A program made the position numbers and the translations under genes. The notes beneath the pieces are model-generated. The model searched no databases, was not told where the DNA came from, and saw only the letters and a program-made list of their open reading frames with translations. A DNA stretch of 64,000 nt from Octopus sinensis (taxonomy: Eukaryota), in NCBI RefSeq assembly GCF_006345805.1, contig NC_043013.1:29202001-29266000 (forward strand), written 5' to 3'. This document shows positions 1 through 12,118 of the stretch, piece by piece; within the stretch, counting starts at the first letter, position 1, and the number at the start of each line of letters is the position of its first letter.

Positions 1-273
1 TAGACGGAAACTGAAAGAAACCCGTCGTATATATGTATGTATATATATTTATGTATGTATATATTTGTGTGTCTGTGTTTGTCCCCCCAACATCGCTTGA
101 CAACCGACGCTGGTGTGTTTACGTCCCCGTAACCTAGCGGTTCGGCAAAAGACACCGATAGAATAAGTACTAGGCTTCCAAAGAATATATCCTGGGGTCG
201 ATTTCTTCGACTGAAGGCGGTGCTCCAGCATGGCCGCAGTCAAATGACTGAAATAAGTAAAAGAGTAAAAGAG
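1..273 (+). mobile_element. SINE family A (tRNA-like head, internal TA/TG tract, (AGTAAAAG)n tail), 3' portion
   Basis: Matches copies at 13455, 44753 and 60064 (tagacggaaactgaaagaa...ggcggtgctccagcatggccgcagtcaaatgactga). Confidence 0.85.
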
Positions 274-1511
274 TATTATTGTTGTTGTTGTTGTTGTTGT
301 TGTTCTTCTTCTTCTTCTTCTTCTTCTTTTCTTCTTTTTCTTCTTTGTCTCCTCTGTGTTTAGCCCCTTGTGGGTAGTAAAGAAATAATAATAATAATTA
401 TTATTATATCGATTCTCGGGGAGATGAGTGGTTAAATCAATCTCCTCACTCTCTGAATATGTCACAGCGAAACTAAACACTCATGTTTAATTCATATCAT
501 TGTGAAATTAAACGTTCACTTGTAATTCATTTAACCTGGAGTTGTATTGCCCCGGCCAACTCCACCGTACTTCAATGTTCAATTATACTGGAGAAAGCAA
601 GCTAAGCTAATATTATAGGTCACTTTTTGGTGAGAATATGAACTGTACTTAAATAAATGTCAGAGTTTATTTTGGACGTTTGTTAACCTTTGCGGGAAAG
701 ATTAATTTTCATTTCCTTCCTTGTATTAAAAATTTGCATCATAAGCTTATTTTTTTACGGGTTATGCTCCTTAGTTGACATATAATACTCACATGTGCAA
801 AAGAAAAAAAACGCTTTGATATAGTTTCTATATAATTTCTCAATTCAAATCCTGCAAGAGCTACACTTTGCGTCTTATGCTTCCTCGGTAAGAAAAAGTA
901 AACCAAACCTAAAAAAAACAAACAAACCTCTAGAATTGGCAACAATAAGAATCGCAGATATTTCTCTACCAAATTTTGATGGCATCGCTGTCAAGTTTTG
1001 AATATTGGGTTAGATGTTATATACCATTTCATCTCACTCCTTACTTTATATGTGAGTTCGAATTCCGCTGAAGTTGACTTTAATCTTTTGATCTGCCGAA
1101 TTGTTTTACTTCGTAGAATATGGCTCAATAAAGACCCTTTCATTGGCCTCAATACCAAGTTATGTATTGGGATAAATTTATTAGGAAGATCTTCCTCTCT
1201 TACAGATTTATGGCTTTATGGGGTTGTGCTGATAGACTAATAACAGATTATGACGAACACTCAGTAAGTTTAGTTCAAAAGGTTTCTTCTATTCCTTGAT
1301 GTTGACTCCCACATCATTTACGTCACTGGAATGTTCTTAGGAAAGACACGAATATCACAGCGTCATTTTGTCTTCTTCATCAACTAATTTGTAACTGTGT
1401 GTATGTATTTATATGTGAAATATTTTTACTTATATTGTCTGAATCTTCGGATTTTGGGATTCGGTGGAATAATGATTCCTAACAATGTTAGCCGTCTTTC
1501 TCCCATGTTTC

Positions 1512-3592
1512 CATTACATGGAGAAATGTGAGCAAGAGAAATAATATTCTTCAGATTATAAGCCTGGAAAATTACAGGGTAAGTTATTACACCTGGAAAA
1601 GTTCAGGACAATTTATTACATCTGGTAAAGTATAAAACAAGTAAATTTTAACTGAAAATATTGCAGCTAAGGAATAAAATTTCAAATAAAATATTCAGAT
1701 TTAGAAAGTATTAGCTTTTATTAAAAGTAAAAATTTCATTACACGTTATTACTCCTATTTGTTATTACTTACTGCTTCTATTAAAAATACAGAAAATAGC
1801 TCAAAATATATTTTTCGCTTTAAAAAAATTCATTTTTAAAATTATTAATTAATAATTACGGAGATGTACTTGCATAGCAAGTGATTTGATCTGAGATCGT
1901 GTGCTGAAACGAAAACAATTGCAGCGTGGAAGGTGTTTGTAAGCCATTTAAGAAACACACAAGAGCCGTTCGATTCACTTCAACATTTAAGTTTAATTTG
2001 TCAAAATATTTTCGTCGCTTTAAGACTGCGACCTGTTCATTGACAAAAATCCGTGCTGGATATTAGAAATTTGAAAATAGGTTATAAAATATGATAGTAG
2101 TACATAATTAGTTAGTACAATAAATAGAATAATACAAAAAATAGCTATATATTGCAGTAAAATATACCTATAACAACAAATTCACAGTAAAATTTACTTG
2201 AGTTATTGCTTAAGTTATTGCCAAGTCTTCACATTTCTAGTCTTGAACCAATGCCTATTTTTATATAAGGAATTTGCCTACCATATATACTATTCTACTT
2301 AGCAAAAACTTTAGCTATATTGGTAATTTTGGCTCTCATTTTTAAGTATTCTGGTATGTCAATATTTTAACAAAATGATGGTACATTTTTTAATTATAAA
2401 GTTACAGTGTAAATTAAAATAAAATAATTTTTAATAATCAAATTTTATCCTTTGCTGCAATATTTTAAGTAAAAGTTTTCTTGTTCTGTACTTTATCAGA
2501 TGTAAAAAGTTGTCCTGAACTTCCAAGTGTAATAACTTGTCCTGTAATTTTCTAGGTTTATAATCTTAGGTATATTATTTCCCCATACAATCCATGTTTT
2601 TTCCAGGCTATGCTATAATGCTAATTAATAATATGTCAAATGTATCAAATAGCGGTGTCATTGATAATTTTTTTCCTTACCTCAATGACGCGGGTGACAT
2701 ATATATTACAAATCTCCTTATAGAACTATATTCATAAAAAAAGTATAGAACTATGTTATCACCCTCAAATTTGAGAAACAAACACTCATAAAAGTTTTAT
2801 TTTAAAACTTCATTGCATGAGATTGATACCTAGAAATACCTCGAATGGAGCTCTATCATTTAAGCTAAATTAAAATATAGTTTGCTTTTAAAATAAAAAA
2901 AAGTTAATTAAACTTAAACCCAATTTTTCCTTATATTTTTTCATGATATTGTACTTCAAAACTTTTTAAAAATAAATTTTTGTTGCATGGGACCATGCTT
3001 TCTTCTATCATTGAAGCTAAGGTATATTTTGCTTATAAAATAAAAAAGTAATTTAGATTTAAACTTGATTAGTGGCGTTACTTACTCTCCTATAACGTTG
3101 CTGCAAATTTTGATATAAATTTTTTCCACTGGACCAAATCTCAATTTTGTTATGCCAAAATGTAGTTAGGGACCAGTCCTCTTCAAAAGTGTTAACAGTT
3201 TTCAGTTTGGTTAAGAACTGGATTAGCAAAAAGCTCTGAAAAATGCTGCGTGTGAGTAAATTGTGACCTTAAGAATATTATTCAGCAACTATCGCAGTTG
3301 AATGATTAAAGAAGTATTTTCTATTGCCACAGACCACGGGGGTATGAATAACAATTTGGATTTGGATTTTTGAGGTAATATCTCATCCTATGAGATGAAT
3401 TTTATCCGCGCTAAAATTTGAAACCAACTCTTAACGAATTCTGTAAATACTGTACCATAAAAAAGTTGTTTTAATACAAAAATAGTAATTCAATATATGT
3501 TGTTAAGAACATTCCATGAATGTTTTAAGGCATTATAACTATTTGGTTAATTAAAATATCATAACACTTTAACTAATATTGCTGAGTGTGTT
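1512..3592. mobile_element. Unclassified AT-rich element E, copy 1, with internal inverted arms (~1512-1720 / ~2430-2590)
   Basis: Colinear similarity to 58372-59666 over more than 1 kb; carries extra sequence, including a distinct segment at ~1855-2060. Confidence 0.7.
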
Positions 3593-3914
3593 CGATAGAA
3601 TCAAAGATATATTATTTTAAGCAGTTCAAGTTCTAATGCACTTTCAATTCGTCCTTGATATTAAAAAGGTTACTCTCTGCTTTTCTTGAAACGAAATTAA
3701 TAACTGTAAAAGCTATTCATTACGTAGGCTGACGGCAAAATATTTGGAGGGAGAGTATATTATCGATTAAACTGGTTTCATTATATTATTTTTGCTATTG
3801 TTTAGTCCCAGGTCAGCAATAAATATGCCAACCTATTCTCAGAGGTGTTCCATTCACGACTATCCCAGGTCCTACATTATCCTATCTAATCTCTTTACCT
3901 TTTGGAAATTTGAT

Positions 3915-4165
3915 TTGTTTCTTTCTCGGGCCACGCCTGGCTCATAGGGCCGGTTTCCCGGTTTCATTGGCATATAGGTTTTCCCACCTGGACGGGACAC
4001 CGGTCCGTCGCAGGTGAGCTGCAAGATGCAGGAGGAAAGAGTGAGAGAAAGTTGTGGCGAAAGAGTCAGCAGAAGTTCGCCATTACCTACCTTCTGCCGG
4101 AGCGCGTGGAGCTTAGAGCTTAGGTGTTTCGTTCATAAACACACACATCGCCCGGTCTAAGATTG
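3915..4165 (-). mobile_element. SINE family C, head-truncated
   Basis: Reverse complement of 5005-5270. Confidence 0.8.
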
Positions 4166-4499
4166 CTATTTCTTGTAGGTAAAGAGATTACAGAGATACT
4201 CTATTTTTGACACTTAGACCGCTTTCATTAGATCACAGTTTTGCTTTAAGAATCTTATTTGAATGAACATCCGTTTTTAGGCCCTTCTTCGGTTAGGGCG
4301 AGCAGCGCACTCCCTAGAAAAGGCTGCTCAGTTGTATGGTCTCGGATGCTCATTTTGCTGGAGTTAGAAAACAGAATATAATAAGATAAAAACGATGGAA
4401 TGGGAAGAATAGATTTCTGTGTCAGCAGAAAGTATCACTAATGATTTAAACACCTTGATAGTGTTTATTTTTTTATCTCTTCAAAAACTACCAGCGACA

Positions 4500-4744
4500 C
4501 ACGTTGTACCTAACAAGTTTTACAACATTCTTTGTCCTCATCTTATTTGTTGTCAACACAACGTTTCGGCTGATATACCCTCCAGCCTTCATCAGGTGTC
4601 TTGGGAAAATTTCGGACCTGGGTTCTCATTCCTAAGGTATTTTTCGATGTTATTATTATTTTAATTATTCAGGTCACTACCTGGAATCGAACTCGGAATC
4701 TTGGGGTTAGTATCCCGCGCTCTTAACCACTACGCCATATGTCC
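4500..4744 (-). mobile_element. tRNA-headed short element carrying a hammerhead motif
   Basis: A box TGGCGTAGTGG and B box GAGTTCGATTCC at 4744-4680; hammerhead core at 4600-4555. Confidence 0.7.
4555..4600 (-). ncRNA. Minimal type I hammerhead ribozyme motif
   Basis: GACAC-CUGAUGA-A-GGCUG(GAGGGUAUAU)CAGCC-GAAA-CG-UU^GUGUU: stem I 5 bp, stem II 5 bp, palindromic AACGUU in place of stem III. Confidence 0.7.
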
Positions 4745-4746
4745 AA

Positions 4747-4890
4747 GTGTTGTTACATCATGTGAACTCAATAAAGCCAAGCATACAGTTCACAATAGAA
4801 AAAGAAAAAGACAATCAGCTAGCATTCCTGGACGTATTAATAACACGCACCAAGTATGGATTCAGGACATCCGTATACCGCAAGCCGACC
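4747..4890 (+). mobile_element. Penelope-like element reverse transcriptase fragment
   Basis: Stop-free LLHHVNSIKPSIQFTIEKEKDNQLAFLDVLITRTKYGFRTSVYRKPT, typical PLE RT C-terminal signature (NS..P.I.FT.E.E....LxFLD...T.VYRKPT). Confidence 0.85.
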
Positions 4891-4944
4891 TTGTGGCTGA
4901 CATCATCGTTATTGTTCTTGAATAAGGTTAAGCTAGAGTGTACT

Positions 4945-5275
4945 GGTGGAGTCACATAGCCTAGTGGTTAGAGCAGCGGACTTGCGGTCGAGAGATCGCG
5001 GGTTCGAATCTTAGACCGGGCGATGTGTGTGTTTATGAGCGAAACACCTAAGCTCTAAGCTCTAAGCTCCACGCGGCTCCGGCAGAAGGGAGGTAATGGC
5101 GAACTTCTGCTGACTCTTTCACCACAACTTTCTCTCACTCTTTCTTCCTGTATCTTGCAGCTCACCTGCGACGGACCGGTGTCCCGTCCAGGTGGGAAAA
5201 CCTATACGCCAATGAAACCGGGAAACAGGCCCTATGAGCCAGGCGTGGCCCGAGAAAGAAACAAACAACAACAAA
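4945..5275 (+). mobile_element. SINE family C, full length (tRNA head, V-SINE-like central segment, (CAA)n tail)
   Basis: A box tagcctagtggtt, B box gggttcgaatc; central cacctgcgacggaccggtgtcccgtccagg resembles the V-domain (from memory, unverified). Confidence 0.75.
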
Positions 5276-5699
5276 TGTGTACTGAGTTCAAAAGACGGTT
5301 TAAATTTCCTCGAGAGGCATGAAAAAACCTTGACAAAAGTATTACTACAGAAGTATTACTGTAGTACATATAGCATATTCTTGGATAAATGAGATTGCAT
5401 GCGATGTGGGAATAGCTGAAATGTAAAAAGCACAAAAGACTGACATCGTATCATACTCCGACATCGTGTCATACTTAATAATCCCACAAATGCTTTAGAA
5501 ATTTTATTTCTCGCCGATGAAAAGTTCAACTCCAAAAAGGTAAATTTAATTCCTTCGATACTTACAACTTATTCCTCCGTAAGAACACTTTCTAGCACTA
5601 TTTGTCTTCGCAGAACATGACTTGCTCCTTCGGATGATACCGTTTTCTTCTTATCTATATTTCTCTTTCATCTTTCCCAGGTCGATAAAAATATGTACG

Positions 5700-5871
5700 A
5701 GGCACAGCCATGGCTGTGTATTTAAGAGATCCACTTTGCAACTATGTGGTTCCGGGTGTGATCTCAATGCGTGCTACCTTGGGTAAGTGTCTTCTATTAT
5801 ACGCTCGAGTTGACGAGTTCCTTGGGAACGGAATTTGCTAAACTGAAACTGTGTCAAAGTTCGTCTCTTGC

Positions 5872-5872
<1 letters not shown>
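5700..5872 (+). mobile_element. Diverged SINE family A head
   Basis: ggctgtg...tggttccggg...ttgggtaagtgtcttctattata similarity; followed by (TCTA)n/(TA)n/(TG)n to ~6105. Confidence 0.55.
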
Positions 5873-5952
<80 letters not shown>

Positions 5953-6028
5953 CCTATCTATTTGTCTGTCTGTCTATCTGTCTGTCTGTCTGTCTAATAT
6001 AATATACGTGTGTATGTAAGTGTGCGTA

Positions 6029-6105
<77 letters not shown>

Positions 6106-6175
6106 TAGACACAATATGCAGTTTGTACCTTTTAAACATTTGATCTGTATCGACATAATATAATAAAGTGTTTCT

Positions 6176-6634
6176 TATTTCTTTATTGCCCACAAGGGGC
6201 TAAGCATAGAGAGAACAAACAAGGACAGACAAAGGGATTAAGTGGATTACATCGACTCCAGTGCGTAACTGGTACTTAATTTATCGCCCCCGAAAGGATG
6301 AAAGGCAAAATCGACCTCGGCGGAATTTGAACGTAACGGTAGACGAAATACCTATTTCTTTATTACCCACAAGGGGCTAAACATAGAGGAGACAAACATG
6401 GACAGACATAGGTATTAAGTCGATTACATCGACCCCAGTGCGTAACTGGTACTTAATTTATCGACCCTGAAAGGATGAAAGGCAAAGTTGATCTCGGCGG
6501 AATTTGAACTCAGAACGTAACCGCAGACGAAATACCTATTTCTTTACTACCCACAAGGGGCTATAACTGCAGACGAAATACCACTAAGCATTTCGCCCGG
6601 CGTGCTAACGTTTCTACCAGCTCGCCGCCTTTTG
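6176..6634 (-). mobile_element. SINE family B multimer (head + partial unit + two body units) with 15-bp TSD
   Basis: Head aaggcggcgagctggtagaaacgttagcacg; unit junctions at 6351/6352 and 6535/6536; TAATAAAGTGTTTCT at 6161-6175 and 6635-6649. Confidence 0.85.
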
Positions 6635-7159
6635 TAATAAAGTGTTTCTCTGAAGAACTGTTGTGAAACTGCATTCAAATGCATTATGAAACACCCAACG
6701 CAGAAGATGCAAATAGCCACCATGGAGAAAAGTGCTTCTGGAACAAATGGTATGTATGTGTGTGAGTGTGTGTGTGTGTTCTAGAACAAACCTAGAACAT
6801 AACCGTATGGTTATGTTCTAGGTTTTAACTCACAGAGAAAATTATTTTCCATAACCCCAAGTCGAACCATCTATCTAGCTGTCTATCCATCTATCTGCCT
6901 TTGTGTATATCTGTAAAGATTATAAACACTGACGAGAAATCGAAAAACTGATTACACTTTCTTGACAGTCTGGCCTTCGTAAATGGAATGAATTTGTAAC
7001 CAACGACTCTATTGCGTCATCAAATTAAAATATATAATTAATTTCTTCCACCAAATTTGTGGTCTCGTTGCTACATCAAAAACCATTATGTAGAATTAGA
7101 ATGAAAAAGGCCGGCGTGCAGAGTCACTAGGGCACTTACACACATCAAGAATTTTGCAT

Positions 7160-7275
7160 ACATCAAGGCTATTACACACATGAAAGCTATTACATATATC
7201 AAAGCAATTACATATATAAACGCTATTACATACATCAATGCAATTACAGAGATCAAGGCAATTATATACATTAAG
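7160..7275. repeat. Degenerate 18-bp minisatellite (aa(a/g)gc(t/a)attacatatatc)
   Basis: About six visible units. Confidence 0.7.
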
Positions 7276-7460
7276 GGCTAAAGGCTTAAAGTTATATAAC
7301 TACATCTATGTTCTGATTTCAAATCATGCACATGTCAAATTTTCTTTTTATCTTACAATAAAGCACCAGCTAAGTAATGAAATGGATCCAATCGACTATA
7401 CATTCTACCACCTTTAAACATACTTGGCGTTCTTCAAATGTTAGAAATCGATATTTTGTA

Positions 7461-8704
7461 TTGGGTCATCCGGAAAGTTTTGAGTGTTTCTGATTGGTAA
7501 GAATAAAACAGATATACTTGCGTTACAATAACATTTATTCCTCATAGTTTCCTTTCACTTTTATCAAATTATTTTAGTCTGTCTCTTCGGCAGTTTTAAA
7601 ATTTCATTTGCATAGAATTGTGTTCTCTCCTATTTATTTATTTATTTATTTATTCAGGAGCTTTTTGACTGCTTCTAAATCATTAAATAATTTTCCGTTC
7701 GAGAAATTTCGCAGGGACCGAAACAAATGGAAGTCAGATGGTAAGAGGTAACCCAACCACGCCCATCCTACCCTGTATGGTTAGCCAAAGAAACGTAAGG
7801 TTTGCCGTTGTCTTGTTCGAATACAACTCTTTTCCTTTTACCTTGTTCTGGTTTCAACTGGCCAATTTCTTCTACATCTGGCAGCAATACACATCAGAAT
7901 CGATGATCTTGACTGTGTGAGAGTAGCTCATAATAAATAATGAATGTCTTTGAAAGCCCACCAGACACAAAGTGAAATATTTTGCATGAATATTCTGCTC
8001 CAAAACTGTTTTGATGGATTCTCACACAGACCCTAGGATCGTTTCCGTACTATGTGTTCGAAGAAATCAATTTTTAATCGTCAGTCACCAATCGCTTCAT
8101 AAACGGTTCAGCTTCATTACATCATAAGGGTATATCGCTGACGGACTACTGGTTCTCGCAGTCTTTTCTCGGACAAGTTGTGAAGAATTCCTACATCAAA
8201 GCGGAAAAGGTACCGAAATTTCACTAAATGTGCATGAACAATATTTTTTGGAACATCCAACATCTCTGCAAGCTTTCTAGTCGCGATTTTGGAGTTGATT
8301 TCAATGTCGACCTTCAAAACATCGTAGCCCTACGCTCAAAGACTTCCAGAGCGACTTGAATCTTCAAAGCTGAAATCCTCCCTTTTAAATTTTACAAACC
8401 ATTTCCAAATCATTGATTCACACACAGCACCTTCATCATACTTACACCTCACCAAAGTTTTACATGTTTCGCTGTGTTTTCACCCTTTCGGAAGAAGAAA
8501 AGCAATTTTTGATTTGCAAGATTTTGACCGTGATAATGGCTATGAAAGGAAAGAGAGAGACTGAATTTTGGTATGAAAGATAATCGGTACGTTACCACGC
8601 TGCAAGTCACATCAACATAGCAATTGCACCAACATTAAAGCTCTTATATAAATCGTTTAACAATACAACAACTGAAATCGTTCGGAACTTTCTGGATGAC
8701 CCAA
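7461..8704 (-). mobile_element. Mariner transposon, decayed
   Basis: TIRs ttgggtcatccggaaagtt / aactttctggatgacccaa, TA duplication at 7459-60 and 8705-06; broken transposase on minus (…ATRKLAEMLDVPKNIVHAHLVK…HNLSEK). Confidence 0.85.
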
Positions 8705-8829
8705 TATCAATATATCCCAGGCTTGTTTATTATAAAGATCATGCATTTCCCAGGAACATTTAACGGCGTAGGTGAAGTGAAATAGCAGCATCTTTCAACA
8801 AACGTTGTAGAGCAAGTGGAATGTTCTTG

Positions 8830-8883
8830 AACGATGACGGCGATGATGATATGAAAAAAAAATGATGCTGGTAATTTTGCTCG

Positions 8884-8917
<34 letters not shown>

Positions 8918-9140
8918 AACGACGACAGCGACCACTACGACGACGATAAGGAACATGATGATGGTGATTATGATGATGATAACAATGACGATGTTGATAA
9001 TGATGATAATGATGATGCTGCTGCTGATGATGATGGTGCTGCTGATGATGCTGATGGTGATGATGATGATGATAATGGTGATGATGGTAATGATGATGAT
9101 GGTGATGATGATGATGGTGCTGGTGCTGATGATGAGCTGA
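8830..9140. repeat. Compound (GAT)n trinucleotide repeat
   Basis: Direct reading; source of the poly-His/poly-Met ORFs. Confidence 0.9.
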
Positions 9141-9417
9141 AAAATGTAGTTGCGTAGGTGAAGTAAACAATTTTCGTCCGCTTTCTCCGTGCAAGTTTGA
9201 AATGCCAGATGTTTATAGATGGTTATTACAGGCGATTAGCGATGTTCATGGCTTTCTCAGAAGTATTTAAGGCGAATTTGACTGTTTTAAAACGTGTATT
9301 TTGGTGCATTAAAAGTTTGTTTTTACATGAGATTGCACTTACTCTCATTGCACACACTCTCTCCCCCCCTCTCTCTCTCTCTCTCTCACATACACACATA
9401 CACATGTAAGCTCTCGT

Positions 9418-9454
<37 letters not shown>

Positions 9455-9457
<3 letters not shown>

Positions 9458-9889
9458 AAAATAAGAAAATGGAGATGATAATCAATCGGCAAACATCAGC
9501 CTGTAGACTTTCATTTATATCTATTTATTAATTGATCACAATCATATGTGTAAGTAATCAAAATAAACCAATGAAATAAGCAAATAAACAAGTACATAAA
9601 TAGATAAATAAAAATAAATAAATAAATAAATAAAAGAATAAATGAGTGAAAATACTAAATTCTACATGATAGAAACAGCTGTAGGTGCTTAGTATTTTTT
9701 CACTCATTTATTCTTATTCATTTGTTTATCTTTATTTATCAATTCATTTACTTGTTTATTTGCTTATTTCATTGGTTTATTTTGATTACTTACGTATATG
9801 ATTGTAATCAATTAATAAATAGATATAAATGAAAATCTACAGGCTGATGTTTGTCGATTGATTATCCTTTCCATTTTCTTATTTGCCTC
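9455..9889. mobile_element. Foldback (palindromic) MITE-like element
   Basis: Arms of ~200 bp (gataatcaatcggcaaacatcagcctgtaga / tctacaggctgatgtttgtcgattgattatc), ~30-nt spacer. Confidence 0.8.
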
Positions 9890-10627
9890 ATAAATTCTGG
9901 GTAAATTTCTGTTTTGCCCCCACTCATTCCTAGTATTCGAATGCGATATTGCCCTGCAATAGTAAGCACTTGGATATAATTACATAAGTATACCCCCAGT
10001 AGTATATTGGATATTTATTATCCCTTAGATGGTTGCATAACCTCTAACTCATATAGAATTTATATATATATATGCACACATATATCGAACACATACACAT
10101 TGTATGTGTTTTATTAAAAAAATAACTGTTAAATACATGATATTGTAATTGAATGTTCTCTCGTGTGTACGAGATTTTTGTATGGAAAATTTTGCCGTTT
10201 ATTTGGAACAGCAGTGTTTCCAAATCCATCATAAGCGGGTTTAGAAATTTATGCGACAGTAACAGATAAGTTTTGAGATTACTGGATTTCGTTAGCCAAC
10301 CATACACAACACAAACCTTCATGACCAATAAATGTAGCTTTTTTCATGGATAGGAAAAAGATTTACGCATATTTTTTGGCGAGCAGTCATTTGCATCTTT
10401 AAGAGAAAAAATCAACTGAGAAAAATTAGCCAATGGCATAGATTTAGATCAATTAAATATGCATCTACTGAATAATGTATGCATATAAATTACATTACTC
10501 TTTGTCACTGATTTTTATTATTGAGATAAATTGATAAGAAGACAAAAAAGCATGCATCCCCAAAAAGTATGTATCATCACAATTCTTCTGTGAAAACACC
10601 TAACATTTAAAATTATATTTAAAACAC

Positions 10628-10832
10628 TAAGGTGGTGAGCTGGTAGAATCGTTAGCACGCCGGAAATAATGCTTAGCGGCATTTCGTCCGTCTCTACGTT
10701 TTGAGATCAAATTGCGACGAGGTCGACTTTGCCTTTCGGGGTCGATAAAATGAGTACCTGTTGAGGACTGGGATCGTTGTAATTGACTTCCTCCTCCACA
10801 AAATTGCTAGCTTTGTGCCAGAATTTGAAATC
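10628..10832 (+). mobile_element. SINE family B (variant tail)
   Basis: aaggtggtgagctggtagaatcgttagcacg...gaggtcgactttgccttt...aaattgctagctttgtgcc. Confidence 0.75.
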
Positions 10833-11446
10833 AATACCATATGTATAAAACACACGTAAGAAAGAAGATGGTTATTGTATATAAAGTTTTAGTGGTCGAC
10901 ATTTCGACAATCGTTTTATACATTCAAAACTGGAAGGCTTTAAAATATTACGAACAAATAAAAATATAGTGCGTTCTGCTCATGAAAATTGAACAAACGA
11001 ATGTGTGGAGCACATTTTAAAGTTTTCTCGAAACGTTGTTTATATATAACCACGATAGTCACGAGCATGGTATATCGATGCTTGTTCTTCTGCTTTTTTC
11101 TTCCGTAATTTTTTCTCTCAATTTCCTTCCACATCTCTTTTTAGCACTTTCTCATAAATTTCTCCCCGAAACAATTTACGTCCTGCAAACAAGATCCCTA
11201 CTGCTTCAGCGCTTCTTACTCACTCTCATCTCTGTTTCTCTTCTATTATGCTTTAGTATGTACGTCACTCTCCTCGTCCCTCTCTTTCTACAGCTCTCAA
11301 TACATATCTCATATATTCTCCCTCTTTCTTCGATCTATCTCTTCTCTCCCCCGCTTCTCTCTTTCCTTCTTCACACTATCACACTTTTTTCCAACTCTGA
11401 TTTGCATCGAACATGACTCTTCTTCCATTTTATATGCACTTTTTAT

Positions 11447-11636
11447 GTGTTTAGAAATGAATAAATTCTCGACCGCAGGGAAATAGCTGTGAAAACAGCT
11501 TCGAAGATCTACTAGAAATACCCTTACAAGACAAAAAAAATGGCCAGCTCGTCTTATAAGGGTATTTTTACTCGATTTTCGAAGCTGTTTTCACAGATAT
11601 TCCCCTGCGGTCGAGATTTCCTTAATTTCTAAAACA
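11447..11636. mobile_element. Small foldback element
   Basis: Arms of ~85 bp (ctcgaccgcagggaaatagctgtgaaaacagcttcgaa / ttcgaagctgttttcacagatattcccctgcggtcgag), 18-nt spacer. Confidence 0.8.
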
Positions 11637-12118
11637 ATACGAACCCATTCGACGCTTCGATGTTCATGCATAAAAACTTAATTTTTATATTTAATTTTTT
11701 TTTTTATGCAAACCTTTATATGTCTGCTTGTTATGTTTCTATATGCTTTATGATGTTACTTTCTTAATCGCTTTTCCTTTTTCCTTCTGCCTCTCGTTTT
11801 TCATTTCTCTTTCTTCTTCACCAATATCCTTCACCAATATCTTTAAACAGCAACTCCAACTGACCCGGTGCAACTCACTCTCATCATTCAATGCTCAATT
11901 ATGCTTTAATTTATGTAATTCTCTTCTCCACTCACCCTCTCTCTCCTCTATACTTGTTACACATATCGTTTTCTTTTTCCCACTTTCCCCTTGTCCATCT
12001 GTTCTTGTGTCCTTCTTTGTTTTCCTTCTTTCCGCCTTATTACTGCTTTTCTATCCGTCTCTCCTCTCCTCAACCTGCATCAAACATGACTCTACTACTT
12101 AATACAGATTTATTTCCA

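Noticed and set aside
4680-5020. tRNA-like sequences as true tRNA genes
   Set aside because: A and B boxes are present, but acceptor stems do not pair and they run into SINE bodies.
6650-6950. CTGA(A/C)GA..GAAA strings at ~6652 and ~6929, and CTGAAGA in family D (~25727, ~27134)
   Set aside because: No adequate stem I/III pairing or no GAAA; consistent with chance.
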